NCBI GenBank assembly: GCA_046563655.1
Contig: CM102285.1
Span: forward strand, 5,828,001-5,892,000
From: Yuukianura sp. NJ FZ-2021
Taxonomy: Eukaryota
Reading direction: 5' to 3'
DNA length: 64,000 bases
Shown here: positions 43,278-56,417 of the stretch, one piece after another
How the letters are laid out: each line of letters opens with the position of its first letter
How positions within the stretch are numbered: the first letter of the stretch is position 1
Notes under the pieces: generated by a model
Database searches by the model: none
Seen by the model: only the letters and a program-made list of their open reading frames with translations
What the model was told of the DNA's origin: nothing
Position numbers and translations under genes: made by a program

Positions 43278-46093
43278 CTTCAGACAGAGCCCAGTGGCAA
43301 CCAGATCTTCTTCTTCCAATGGGACAACACATTCTCATGAAGTGCCTCGTTCTATCAGCTTCTTCTGAACTACGAACATTTCTGCAAGATTAAGGAATAA
43401 GTCATATGGACTGCAATTCAAATAGTAACGTAATTATAAACTGTGATATACTCACCATTCCTCGTTGATAAGATCTGCTGCATGATGCTCATTTTCATGT
43501 CAACTTCTGCTCGAAACTTCTTGAGTGCACTTTCGAGTTGGGACACTTGCAATTTACCATCCTGTGTACTTCCGGAATCAGAAACATTCTCGTCGTTTCG
43601 TGTCTTGTCAAAACGATTCGAGGATCTCAAGCTCATCGTTCGTGCTCGAAATTAATGCTTCGTCGGAGACTTTCTTCAATCTGTTATTCGTCTTGTTCGT
43701 AAGCCCTTATTAGAGAAATTGCAATTGTACGTTGCAGCTGTAAACGCAGAACGCGCGTTTATAGCTGACCACTTTCTTTCTGCGTTAGCTGGCAAAGTTC
43801 ACGTAGGGATTCTAAGTTGAAATCGCACGTTTGAACTTAGAATTTTTAAACTTACAAATTCCAAGAATGGAACTTTAAAAATGGAATAGAAAAACCACCA
43901 TAAGCAAGTATATCCGGTACAAGCATGCTGAAAACTTTTTACCACTTACATAAACAGGCTTATTCAACAAACTTTCAACCCCACGACCGCTAGGTCACAA
44001 AACGCTTGGAGTCAAAGGTCACACATTGACCTGGGGTAACAATATCTATGCAACTGATATACTCACTGGAAATGGTTTGACCTCTTGAGTCATACAATGT
44101 TTATATGCTGCGACTTTTGACCTTCAATTCAAAAATTAGCGCAAGTCACGCGATGACCTAGCAGTTGACCCCCGAGTGACTTTTGAACCAAAAATCAGAA
44201 ATTGCAACATTTCATGAATGAGAGTATCACGCCCTTTCCAACGATATTTTTCTTGCATAAATTCACCACATAATACAATGTGGTGACCTTTGACCCTAGG
44301 TTCTCAAGTTGTGCGGAATAAAAATTTGGTAGAGCTACTGTAGTAAATAAATCATAGTTATAGCCTATCAGTTCATTTATATAGATATTTTATAATACAG
44401 TATAAGGTTATATTACATTAGTATATTAATATAAGTTATATTTATCAATTACGTCATAAATATAACTTATTATAATTAATATAATAACAATTTATTCCAA
44501 TATAATTGGAAATCCAGCATCTAAAACTGAACGTAGGTTCAAACACGCAATGGATGATTTGTACGTTCAAACTCATCCAAACTTATAAGTTTACGTACGG
44601 AGAAAGTCCTCCGCACTAGCGCCCCCTAACCCGAAAAGCTCGCGTAACTCAAAACTCCTACGTGAACACATAAGTTTACGTACGATTGCAATCTACCTAT
44701 TGTTTACTGTGGTCTTTTGTTTTTCGTTAAACTCACAACGGCTAAAATTAAACGGGCCTGACTAATTCTATGAATCTTCTGAAAACTGTGAATCCTCAGA
44801 CTTTTGTCGTAACGTCTATATTGCGACCCTATTACTTTCCAAGAAAGAGTGGGAAACACTTGCGCAGTGATGGGAAATGAAATTTAAGAATTTCCATGTC
44901 TTTGCAATTTTTGAAAAGGTCAAAGGTAAAGAATTAGTAGAACTCCCCTGAGACATCAGAGTCCATTGCTCCGAAAGTTGATTTAACTCAAAGTTATTTT
45001 ACAGTTTAATTAGTATTAGGATTGATTGAATTTTTAGGAATTTAATACAAGTTTTTATTAAAAACTGTTTTTTTAAACATAATTTGAGAACTTAAATTGT
45101 GTATCTAAGTCTCCATTCAAAAAAGTATCCGATATTCACCATGTCAGGAAAGTAAAAACATGCCAAAGACTTCTCTCGAGAGAAGGAGGAACTTACAAAA
45201 TAATCCGATAAATCAATAAATATTTAAAGAAAAGTGTTTAAAAAAATAGTTATTTATTATCGGAGTCGGAGTAGTCAGAAGACTCTGGATCAGAACGGCA
45301 CTTTTGCCTTTTAGCGAAGCCCTTGCCACCGGGATTTTGAGGGCGTTTTATAAATTGATTATTTTTACCCCGAAACTGGAGGAAATGACGTTTCTTTGCC
45401 CCCTTTCCAATTATGTGATGGGTTGTGTGTGGGCATCTACAACGTTAGACTTTGTATCGTTCTCGAATCGGTTCTGAGCAACTGGCGAATTTACCCCATA
45501 TCACTTCATCCTGTGGAATGGGAATCCGACTACGCACTTTGACCACACCTTTGCCAGAGGTGTTGCATTGGATAAACCGTACGTTCCGGACTTGAGGATT
45601 ATAGGCGTGGTTGATAAATCTTAAGAGATTCCCGCGCTGCCTGGCATCGATGTAGTTGTTAACTTCTAACGGAAGTAAGTAGTTGGTCAAGACTACAGAT
45701 AACAGAAAATTGTCAAAAATTGATTTCTGTCGAGCAATTGTTCGGAGTGATTAGAATGTTTCATTTCAAGGAATGAAAAGGGCATTAACCTTCCCCTTTG
45801 TCATCTGTTGCTGATTGTGCCTCTTGCTCCACCATTTTCTTTTTGTCCTCTTTCGTAATGACGTCTCCAGCATATAACATTAAATCTGTGTTCGCAGGAA
45901 TGTCTCTCGCCGCTCCTAGCCCGAGACCTCCGATGGGCTCGTCGTAGTAAACATAAAACCAAATTCCATCCAAATACTCTTGGCAAACTTCGACATCATT
46001 GTACACCACTGCTTCCGTCCGGGCAAAGTTATTGACATGTAGTTGGTCCAGTAGTTCTAAAGCCTTGGTATCCGTCCGAAGGTAATGAAATCC
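43278..46093. repeat. Segmental duplicate B (5' part of the BED-array gene plus SET gene)
   Basis: Near-identical to 21229-23990 joined to 31230-31527; continues to ~46500 with similarity to copy 1 (6200-6700). Confidence 0.93.
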
Positions 46094-46366
46094 TGTTATG
46101 TGTTTCTAGAAAAAATGACAAATTACTGCAATTACTAATACTTTGGTGCTTTGTTATTGTGATAGTGACTACAGCACTAATGATAGTGCAATATTAAAAC
46201 TATAGCAAAACCAATGTAAGCCTCCTGGTGGCCGATTCGGACAGGATTAATACCGCGGCATTCCACTTTTTTTCCAATGTATTCCATTTTTGAAATATCA
46301 TTCTTTATACTTTGCAGCAGCAAAATAATTAAGAAAGCTCACCATGAGTCTACTTTTGGATGACAT
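45250..46366 (-). pseudogene. SET-domain gene copy 3
   Basis: Contiguous SET motifs YIDARQRGNLLRFINHAYNP, but premature TAA at 45445 (GAA in copy 1) removes the post-SET RCRC. Confidence 0.75.
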
Positions 46367-47093
46367 TTTAGTAAATTCGTTGATGCAGTTGTACGGTTGT
46401 CTCGATAGTCAAAACTTACATGATTTTATCAAAGACACATGGACATGGAGATTCAATGTTGGGAAGGTCTCACTTATTCCCTGAATTCTCATATGCATCA
46501 GATTGCAACAATTTCAACAAACTGGTAAACACGGAACACCGTCATGGAATTGAGGCTGTTTAAACATTGCATTTTTTAGTGCAGACAACGTGAGACAACG
46601 TGTCGAAACTGCAGCTTTTACAAGTTATTCAAAGGAGAAGTACCAATAACAGACAGACGGACAGAGGGACCGGTTCCACCCATAAAGTAGCTTTTGCTCC
46701 TTTAGACAAGGATTTCTTGAAAATCAACTAAAGTTGTGAAACAATTTTTTTTTGAACTGCTCCATGCATCGCTACGTGTTTAGTTTCAAATAAAATGAAT
46801 AATGACTAGTAGGTTAATTTATATTCAGCGCTTGTTGACCTTTTAGTTAACAACTTTTCCGGAATCTTGGACCTTGGGATCACAGATTACTGATATGTCA
46901 AATAGCATACAAATTTTCAAAGTTGTTTAGTAATTGGACCAAGGGTTTTAAGTGTAGATTTTTAGAATCTGCAAATGATCAGTTTGTGTCTGATAACCTG
47001 ATAAGGTAATGGTAAGTGCTCATAAATTGCCTCACAGTCTTCTACCTTCACTCATTCGCTGTGTTGCTGAAACTGGTCAAGCATTTTAAAAAA

Positions 47094-50000
47094 ATGAAGG
47101 TTGGAATCTTACTTTGTGTTGCAGCAATCCTAGCTTCAGCAGCGGAAGCGGTTGACAAAGGCGTGGTTGTAGCAACGAACTACGGAAAAATTCGAGGAAC
47201 GACCACAACGGCAACTAATGGCAAAACCATTTACTCGTTCAAGAACATTCCATTTGCAAAATCTCCTGCTCGGTTCCAGGTAAGTGGACAACTGTTTAGA
47301 ATTTTGATGTGAGATTCAACTATTTTCAAACGTTCAAAAATGTTAATGTTTTAAGGCGCCGCAACCATTAAACCCTGCCGAAGACTCCTGGGGAGACGAA
47401 ATTCGGGATGGCACTAAAAACTCGCCATCTTGCGCTCAGTACCTCACGAATTTGGCACCAGTTAGCGAAGACTGTTTGTACCTCAACGTCCATATGCCAA
47501 TGGTAAGGTTCCTCGCAAGCGTAATAAACGCTTGTTTAAAACAAGGGGTAAATCTTGTTTTAAACAAAACGTCAAAAATTGGCAAAATTACGTGAAAAAT
47601 TTTCAAAATTATGGGGGAAACCGCTAAATGTTCCGAAATTTTTAGTGGAATAAGTTTTATCGGAAAACTTTTTACAGAAAACGTCGTGAAAGAGGTCATA
47701 GGGACCCTTTCCAAGCCCTAGAAACGTTTTCTGTATCATAAGTGGACGTTTTTGAACATTGTAATTTGGCGGTCCTGTGCTTCTAATGGTTGAAAGTAAA
47801 AAAAACGTTTAAAGCATAAAAAAACACGTTTTATGTTTTTTTTAAAAAAACGTGTTTTAAGGATACCCTGCTCGCAAGTAACCGTTGTAAACGACGTGTG
47901 TAGCATATGTATGTAAACAAGTAGCGAAATGAAAATGAAGCCTAGTAAGTGACATCAAAGGTCAACGTCGCCTACACAACAGTTACTTCTCCCATTGCAA
48001 TGAAAAACGTTGGTAGGTGTAGTTTTTTTTCGATTTTTATGAAAAAAATTGTTTCACCATGAGCTTTGACCCGCAACTTACTCACATTCGGATAAGTAGG
48101 AAACCGCTTCATCACCTTCTGACAGTGAGAAATTCATCTCTGAATACGGATTGCAAAGCGGTTCCTCGTTTCCAAGGTTATTCTCAATTGTAGACACAGA
48201 CGGAAGGACACACAAACAGACAGACACGGACTAATACATAAAGCATAAAACTACTTGCGCTACTTAATAAGTTAATTTATTAAATGAAATTGAACTGAAT
48301 TACTTAAACTCCTCGCATCAGGAAACTTCAAAATAAATAACTATATAGGGATGATTTAGAAATTCTTCAGTTGGTCGTCTCGTGTTCTGTGTTGCCCCCA
48401 AATTTTTGTTGAAATTCAAAGGCCAATCGCCTCCAATCTTCTGATGGAGGTTGAAATTCGTCGTCGCTATTCTCATCATCCAACACGTCCTCATCTTGAT
48501 CGCTTTCATCTGATGAAAACTGGTCTGGCCCGTAAAGGTCTGGTCGCTCTTTCCACCAGTGCAACCTCTTGTATACCCACATGCCTTCAAACTGAGGAAA
48601 CATAACTTCCTTGTAGCTCTTCGCTGATTTGATGTGTATAGTAAACTCCCCGTCAAACACTTCCGATCGTTTGGCATATATTCGCACATGAGTTGTTTTG
48701 ATTCCTTGTATTTCTGTATCGAGTTTCTCTTCAGAAGGGGGAATAGTGTTTGCAAGTTGGTAGATACTGCGCATGACAGCTTCTAATTGATCAATAGGCA
48801 TCAGTATGTCGGCTCCTGTAGGTGGATGCGTCTGTTTGATGTGAATGTACCGTTGGTTAGTGTACTCCGAATATGTCACGTATGGTTTAACATATTCGCG
48901 TATGAATGGCTTTTTTGTAGAAGTACCCTCTCCAGAATTTTTAGAATCAGATGCGGTTCGTTTTTTACCGTTGTTTTGTGCAGAATACTCTCCAGCGAGC
49001 GTCGCTCTGTCCGTTTTGTAAGGAATTCTCCTTACAAACCCAAGCTCTCGTAGCCTTTGAAGTACTTTTTCCTTTTCCTTTTCTGTACCGTTTGTGTAAA
49101 CACAAATAACATGACTATTTGTTTCTCCGCCAATTTCAATGGGTTTTCGTTTTCTTGTTGAAACTTTTGAAGCAAATCCCAACTCTCCATTTTCCGTAGC
49201 TGTTTTAATTTTGTTCCATGCCGCGTCAATATCTCGTCGTAGTTCGAAGATTAAGAACTTCCCCGTACCCTCATTCTGCTGTATGGGTATGGGTGAGTCA
49301 TCTGCCGCAGTAGATTCCGCTTTTAAATCCAAGATTGGATCGACGTTAGATTTTGATTCATGATTCGGAACATTGCCAAACTGAAGGCTAAACTGTTTCA
49401 TTGCAACTAACCACCATGTGCGTTTCGTTTTTGATGGTTTAGGGATTTCGCGTCCTTCCATCTTTCTTTTCTAAACGGCTTCCCTGTAAACGTACAATAC
49501 GTTAGTTCAACTTATAACCTTGCTGTATAACTTTGTTATAAAATATTCAATCCTTTAGTTGAAAGTCTCACTTTAAAACGTTTCAATCGAATGAGCCTCC
49601 GTTTGATTTTGCAAGAACGTGTTGTTGAGGATACCAGATGAACTTAACGTTATAACGTTTGAACAACAGAACGAAAACAAAACAAGACAACCCCCTAGGT
49701 GAAATTTGGTGAAGTAAATGAGCAGTGAGGGTAACACTATATAGGTGATAGAGTTAGAAATGCTGTTCCTCCCTTTCATAATGAAAAGAGACTGGTATGT
49801 AGATTAATGCCGAAAGCGGCGTCGGAGGTCGGCGTTTTTTATGCCACTACGGTATTTGAGTTTTGTAGGTTGGTTCAATCCATGCATCTCAGGCTTTCCT
49901 TGCTCAATTTTTATGATTTTTCTTAAAATTGTAATGATTATTTTGCAAACACGTAATAATGTAAACCAGTTATTATACTACAATACGGAAACGGAATAGC

Positions 50001-51918
50001 CCGACATTTGTTGCAACCATTTGCACGCGTCGGGTGCGACATAGATCCAAGTTTATATGGACAGACAGACAGACGGACATAATAAAACATACAGTAGCGA
50101 ACTAATTTTTCTACTTTATTAACGTTTTTTGTCTTACTCGTTTTTGTAAAATTTTTAGAAACCAGGGACATCGAGCGTCAAGTTACCAGTTATGGTTTTC
50201 ATCTATGGTGAGTATGTTTCAAACAGTTTTTAAAATTATTTAAACAATAAATGCATTGTATCAATTTTCAATTGTAGGAGGAGCCAACCTACTTGGAGAT
50301 GCTGTTCTGTATGGACCGAATCGTCTAATGGCATACGAAGACATTATTCTAGTTGTGCTGCACTACAGACTTGGAGCTTTTGGATTTTTGTCTACTCAAG
50401 ACACCGTTGTTCCAGGAAACAATGGATTGAAGGATCAGCGAGAAGCATTGCGCTGGGTTCAAGCAAATATTGAATCTTTCAATGGCGATAAAGACCAAGT
50501 AACACTTTTTGGAGAATCGGCTGGAGCATCAGCAGTCTTAGCCCAACTTCTCTCGCCGTCAACCAAAGGTTCGTTTTTTCAAAAAACGAATAAAATTTTC
50601 AAAAAAAAAACTTTTTTGAAATTTTGATTTTCTTGTCCAGGATTATTCCACAAAGTAATTGCTCAAAGCGGAACTCCAATTGCCCCGTGGGCCAGAGATC
50701 CCAATCCCCTGGAATCTGCTCAACGGTTTGCGTTGTCCGTTGAATGTACTGATTTGAGCAGTACTCAAACGATGGTGGACTGTTTGGCGGGAAAACCGTG
50801 GGAGGATTTGGCGAAAGCGTCACTTTTGAATTTGGTAAAAACTAATTCAAAATTTCAAAATTTCAAAAAAATGCAGTTTACGATTTTCAATTTGTTTTAT
50901 TTTGAATCTTCCAGTTTTCTGACTTGTCAAATATGAAAGTAAATTTTGGAGGGTTGTCTCCTGTAGTAGAACCGGAGCATGACGGAGCCTTTTTCACTAA
51001 ACATCCACTCGATATTTTGAAAGAAGGCGACTATCCGCATATTCCAGTCCTTTTGGGAGCCAATCAGCATGAAGGATCACTTCCTCTGGGACTTGTGTAC
51101 TCCTTGTACTACGAAGAATCTGGAGAATTGGAAGATCCAAACTACGTTCGACACGAACTGGTTCCCACCCTGTTGAACACAATTTCTCTGGGAGACGAGC
51201 TCATTGGAGCACCAATTTCCCAATCAATGGCAGATTATTACTTTCCACCGAGTGCTTCCAAGGACAACTTTACTCAAATCACTGATGGACTCGTGGATAT
51301 GCTCAGTGTCGTTTTTTTCAAAGCCCCCATTCTCCTTACGGCGGACTACCTCAGCCAATTCTCTGATAAAATTTACTTCTACTCATTTGAACACGAAGGA
51401 ATGAATTCCATTTGGACCATAACCTTTGACCTCATCTCAATTTTGCTTGGTCTTGAACCACCGCCAATCAAACACGGTAGGAAACGTTGCTTGAGTATTG
51501 CCCAGAAATATGAAAGGACTTAATTTTTTGTATGTAAAAACTTATAGGAGTAATGCATGGCGATGACTTGATGTACTTTTGGACCCTCCCATTTGTGATT
51601 ACTGGAGAAGATCGTCAGTTTTCAAACATGGTGTGCAAAATGTGGATTGATTTTGCAAAAACTTCGTACGTCATTCAGCATAGACTGTCAAAAATTTGGA
51701 AATGTTAAAAAAAAATTTTTTGACTTAAAATGTACTTATTCGACTTTAACAGAAACCCGACTCCTGGAAACGAGTGGCCAACCTGGGAACGTTATACGAC
51801 ACAGGATCCAAAATATTACAAACTAGACTTAGAGCCTCAACTGCTGGTTGATTACACAAACAATTGGCGAAAAAGCTCCCAGAGTTCAGCTAGCCCAGCA
51901 CAACAAAACAGAAGTTAA
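47094..51918 (+). CDS. Secreted carboxylesterase (type-B carboxylesterase/cholinesterase family), multi-exon
   Basis: Signal peptide, NIPFA, SEDCLYLN, LPVMVFIYGG, YRLGAFGFL, GNNGLKDQ, FGESAG (Ser), NQHEG (Glu), MHGDDL (His); GT-AG introns including a large intron ~47503-50158. Confidence 0.93.
47520..47870. mobile_element. hAT-like non-autonomous insertion in the esterase intron
   Basis: 8-bp direct repeat CTCGCAAG at 47512-47519 and 47871-47878; right end ...ATACCCTG; left TIR degenerate. Confidence 0.5.
47914..48268 (+). mobile_element. DINE-1/Helentron-associated-like non-autonomous element
   Basis: Starts AAACAAGTAGCG, has an internal (ACAG)n/(ACGG) microsatellite, ends with the inverted CGCTACTT; no TSD. 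Confidence 0.45.
48367..49461 (-). CDS. Intronless gene: DUF1917/Bles03-like (eIF4E-like fold) domain, possible tandem PC4-like domains and an acidic tail, nested antisense in the esterase intron
   Basis: GKFLIF..DIDAAWNKIK.AT..GELG.ASKVST...HVICVYT...LRELGF...IPYKTD.ATL.GEY matches the DUF1917 pattern from memory; YVTYSEY..QRYIHIK resembles PC4. Confidence 0.7.
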   Translation of the reverse strand: MEGREIPKPSKTKRTWWLVAMKQFSLQFGNVPNHESKSNVDPILDLKAESTAADDSPIPIQQNEGTGKFLIFELRRDIDAAWNKIKTATENGELGFASKVSTRKRKPIEIGGETNSHVICVYTNGTEKEKEKVLQRLRELGFVRRIPYKTDRATLAGEYSAQNNGKKRTASDSKNSGEGTSTKKPFIREYVKPYVTYSEYTNQRYIHIKQTHPPTGADILMPIDQLEAVMRSIYQLANTIPPSEEKLDTEIQGIKTTHVRIYAKRSEVFDGEFTIHIKSAKSYKEVMFPQFEGMWVYKRLHWWKERPDLYGPDQFSSDESDQDEDVLDDENSDDEFQPPSEDWRRLAFEFQQKFGGNTEHETTN

Positions 51919-53761
51919 ATGCTAAAATGCTTTTCGATGCTAAATGAATCAATATTACGAAAACAATAAAGTTAATTATTGGGTTTACTGAACTTGTATT
52001 TAAAGTGAATAAACTCAACAAAACAGTAAAAACTAAGTGTGTTTTTTCAGTCAGGAAAAAAGACACATCTATAGTGGCGATTTACATGTTTTTACCGGCA
52101 ATGTTGCACATAAAAGCCCAATTGTATCACACTTCTTTTAAATTATGTTTTTAATTGTTAAAACTATTTTTTTGATGTTTTGTTTTCGCTTGCGCTCATA
52201 ATATTTCCACACAAGGTAGCGCAGAAGTTAGTTCCTTGTTAAGTGCTGATCTGTGTTTGACTTCATCCAATGTTTTTGGATCAACTTCGACTGTACCAAG
52301 TTCAGCCTGTGATGTACGCAGTAACATAAGTATACCAACATGTAGGTACAAAAGACGGTTATTCCCATTACTATTTTGCCTCAGCTTAGTTTTTACAATA
52401 TTTTTAATTGTAATATATTTAGGTATCAAAATGGACTCAAACAGCGCAGAACAAAGTGCTAGGACACATCCAGACGGTAGTAATACAAAGACCAACAGTA
52501 TTCTGGAACCCAGACTCAATGTTTTCGGTCGCCCAACTAAAACAGAATCAGGAGATTTGAGTGTCACTCGAGCCTCCTCCATGTGACGCATATAAGCAAA
52601 GATACTATGCCGACTAATCATTATACCAGATCCCGCTAGCCGCCTAAAACTCATTGGTAAAGTTAGTTGCATGATTACATCACGGTGGAGGATTTCGAAA
52701 CCATGGACCATATCATTTGGAAACAAGGTTTTGTCCAGAAAGAAATAGACTTTTCTAGACAGGTTTCTTCCAAGGGTTGATTCCAATTGATATTCATAGA
52801 ATTTCTTGGCGGTAAAAATACTCATAAAGGTAGGGTGAATCCCAAATTCCTTTTTACACTGTATAAAGTTTTTTGTATAATCTACATTACACGGCAAGAT
52901 TTTAAGGTTCTGAAGTAACTTGTATATAGGAAGGTTAGAGTTGTTTTTTTGTTTCATTTTGTTCAACTGTACTTGCACACCAGCAGAAACTGACTCATGA
53001 GAATCATCTGTTCCAAAGTTGTTGAACGTCCTCAACCATTGATATTGCGCGAAAGGAGTAATGTATTCTTCACAACTTTGGCCTGGTAACTGTAGGTTTG
53101 TTTGTAGTTGTCCGTTAGAGTTACAACAATCACTGTATTTGGGATGTCGTGTAGGCACATCCACAAATGTGTAGTTACGAGCCAGCGCTTCTTCAATTGA
53201 ATCCAACTCATACTCTGGAAATGGAAGTGCAAGTGATGTAGTGACAATTCCTTTGTAGCCATTTGTAAGCACTAGAGCCATCAACAGAAATGTTGCGGTA
53301 AATGCTCGTAGTCCCTTGCTCCGAATGCCTGGAACATTTGACCATGATGGTCCGACTTCCAACAAGGTTGCGTAGATAAACAACGGAACTTTGTAGAATA
53401 ATGCTTTGTATTGCGGGCAAACAAAGAAAAATATACAAATGAATGCGAAAGAAGTACATATGCAGAGCCACGTTCCTTTAGTAAATGGGCGCGTGTAGTC
53501 TCCGAACCCAAATCGAAGGCCTTCTTGATGGCATGTCAACCCATACAAGCGTAACGAACTCAACGGAAAGATATGAATTTCACCAGTAATGTTTCCGCGT
53601 GAAAATATTCCAAAAGTTACAGCCATTGTACCTAAAGCAAAAATTTTAACATTGGTTTCATTGTATGAGTCTATAATCTCTTGGTATAAATGTATAGAGA
53701 GGACGACAAATCTAGTTGCAACAAGCTTCCCTTAGTTGTTGCGGGCATGTTCGCAATAATA

Positions 53762-53965
53762 CAAGGTTCCTTGAAAACAATTTGTAATTCCTACAACAGG
53801 TTGTCCAATGACTGAAGGTTTCCAAAAATTTTACTTCAAATAAAAACGTCAGCACCAATTCTGCACCAATCCCGTTTACATTACGTCCAAAAAAATTATA
53901 ATAAAAAGGCAGATTTTCTATTTTCAAATAAATTTTAAAACTTCCAGTTCTTAGACAACCTGGTG
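53762..53965. mobile_element. CAAGGTT-family MITE (partial)
   Basis: CAAGGTTCCTTGAAAAC...CAACAGGTTGTCCAAT and inverted GACAACCTG; related to 14971-15239. Confidence 0.55.
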
Positions 53966-54112
53966 AAGAAAAAGTTTTTTGAAATCTATTTCGTAGTTGC
54001 GGTAATATCCAGAAAGTTTTGTATTCTGAATTGCAATTTGTTTTGTATTTTGCAACATTTCATAAGTTGGAGACTGTTTTTTCTATATAGACCACCTACC
54101 ATACTACACTTA

Positions 54113-56358
54113 CGAGGCATGCTTTTTCACGTGATCTCGAAATTTTGAATTTTAGAGTTATAGTCGAGTTCCTGAAGTAAGCACAAACATTTTGGTGCTA
54201 ATTTTAGTTGCGAACGCAAAAAAAAAAAAAAATTCTACCCCAGTATTTGAACCTGCGTTCCCCGCCTCAAAGAACAAAAAAAGACCAGAAGCTTTCTCCC
54301 CCGCCACACAGGGGATCTCATGGACAACTGGATGAATATTCTCCCCTTTGTCGTCGACACAAAAACGTTTTTTTCACGGGAGAAAATTAATTTCAAAAAC
54401 TCCGTTTTTTTTTCAAAAAATGGACGTGAATCCAATCGAAATTGCGAAAAAGTTCGTCAAAATTGTTGAATATGAGTTTGGAGAGTATAATTTATCCACT
54501 ATGTGTGAAAGTACAGACGCTTTTGCTGACAAGTTGTACTCAACTTTCCTCCAGCTCCTTGATGACTTTGTTTTTGGAGAAGAAGAGGACTTGATAGCTC
54601 CAGGTAAGTGAAAGTCAAAAGTTTCTCTCAATAGTCCCTTCAAAAATGTTCCACAACTTTGTTTTTAAACATTTTTTAGACACAGTCGATGAAAATTTTG
54701 AATCTGAAGATGAAAGTATTGAGGCCAACGAAATCCCTTTACGCGAAAAGAAAAGAATACTGGATTTTGTTGACTTACATCCTAACTACAGCCTACCTAC
54801 TCTAAAACGTAAAGGATGTGCTTCACTTCCATCCAAATCTCGTCTACCCTTTTGGAGAAAGCAAATTCTGGAAGGAGGAACGAAACGAGAAAAGCTACGC
54901 CAAATTAACAAGTTTGTGCTTCAAAATTTTGTGGCTTCACGTGACTCAGGCAAAATCCTCCGGACAAAAAATCTGCAACAGTGGGGAATTCAAAAGGCAA
55001 CCGAAATTCAAGCAAATTTTTTTAGAGCAAGTAGAAGTTGGGCTGACAATTTTAAATCAAAACATCGAATTAAAAGCCGTCGAATCAACCTTCTCCTAAG
55101 CCGTCACGAAGTATCCAATTCAGAGGATCTCATGGAGAAAGCAGAGTCGTTTCGAGTGAAAGTGAAGGAGAAAATGAAAAATTACACACCAGCCCAAATC
55201 ATCAATACAGACCAGTGTGGTTTTGCCTACGAAATTTATTCTGCAAGGACCTTAAACTTCATAGGAGAAAAGAGGGTGAAAGGCTGCGTCCTTTCTCCAA
55301 AAAATCTAGTGACACATACATATACTGTGCAGTATGTCATTTCTGCTCAAGGAAATATTGTTGGGAATGTGTTCATTTGTCTCCAAGAAAACAGCGGAAG
55401 GATTGGACCAATAGTGGAAAATTCACTTTTTCCAGCACCAAACGTGACCTTGACCTGCAGCCATTCGGGAAAACTCAACTCCAGTTTGGTTAAATACTTC
55501 AACGAGAAAGTGGTAGCTCCGGAAATGAAAGAAGACTTTCTCTACCTCATTGATTCTTGGAAAGGTCAAACAAATTTAGACATTTATGATGAAGTTTTTG
55601 GAGAAAGTACAGTGAAAGCAGAAGTTCTCGTCATACCTGAAAAATGTACCTCAACTTGCCAACCCCTTGATACATATTTCCATCGTCAACTGAAAATTCT
55701 AGCTCGAGCAATGATCAACCACTGTGACATTTTTGTGGAACCAAATGGAATCCATCCACAAGACCGCATAACAACAAGAAATGGAATCATAAAAATGCAA
55801 AGCCTACTTCACCACCAATTATCAGCTCCAGTCTTCAATGCCATGATTCGTTATTGCTTTTTTTCAGCAGGATTTCTGGAAGAAGATGACAAGGAGGAAT
55901 TTTTATCAGTTCAACAGGTCTGTTTTCACTGGGAAAAGGAAAATTCTACTATTTGTGAAATTTGCGCAAAGGAAAATCGGTTCATTCGTTGCAGCCGTTG
56001 TTTTAAAACTTTATGTTTTTCTTGTTTTTTTTTATGTACCACTTGGCGGAGTGTCAAAAGTAATTAAAAAGTTTTACTGAAATTAAATTTGAAAAAGTTT
56101 TTGGTGAAAGTGAATTATGGTGGCTAATATCTAACCATTTACATTCGCTAGATTGAAGTTTACCTGATGTTGCATGTGAGAAAGCGTCTGGTCGTTTTTT
56201 GTACTTTGAGGCGCGTGACGCGGGTTCAAATACCGGGGTAATTTTTTTTTTTTGCGTTCGCAACTAAAATTAGCACCAAAATGTTTGTGCTTACTTCAGG
56301 AACTCGACTATAACTCTAAAATTCAAGATTTCGAGACCACGTGAACAAGCATCCCTCG
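54113..56358 (+). mobile_element. Tc4/Tc5-type DNA transposon, full length
   Basis: ~185-bp imperfect TIRs CGAGG...CCTCG; TTA duplicated in a C-TTA-G context, the CTNAG target typical of Tc4/Tc5; transposase inside. Confidence 0.88.
54420..56067 (+). CDS. Tc5-like transposase, join(54420..54603,54680..56067)
   Basis: CENP-B/Tc5 HTH FRASRSWADNFK; DDE core INTDQCGF/LIDSWKGQ/CQPLDTYF; Cys-rich C-terminus; phase-1 GT-AG intron keeps the frame. Confidence 0.88.
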
Positions 56359-56417
56359 TTAGCAATACGTTATAAATGAAACAAAATGAAACGTTATCAG
56401 TAAATTCGTTACAAGTA

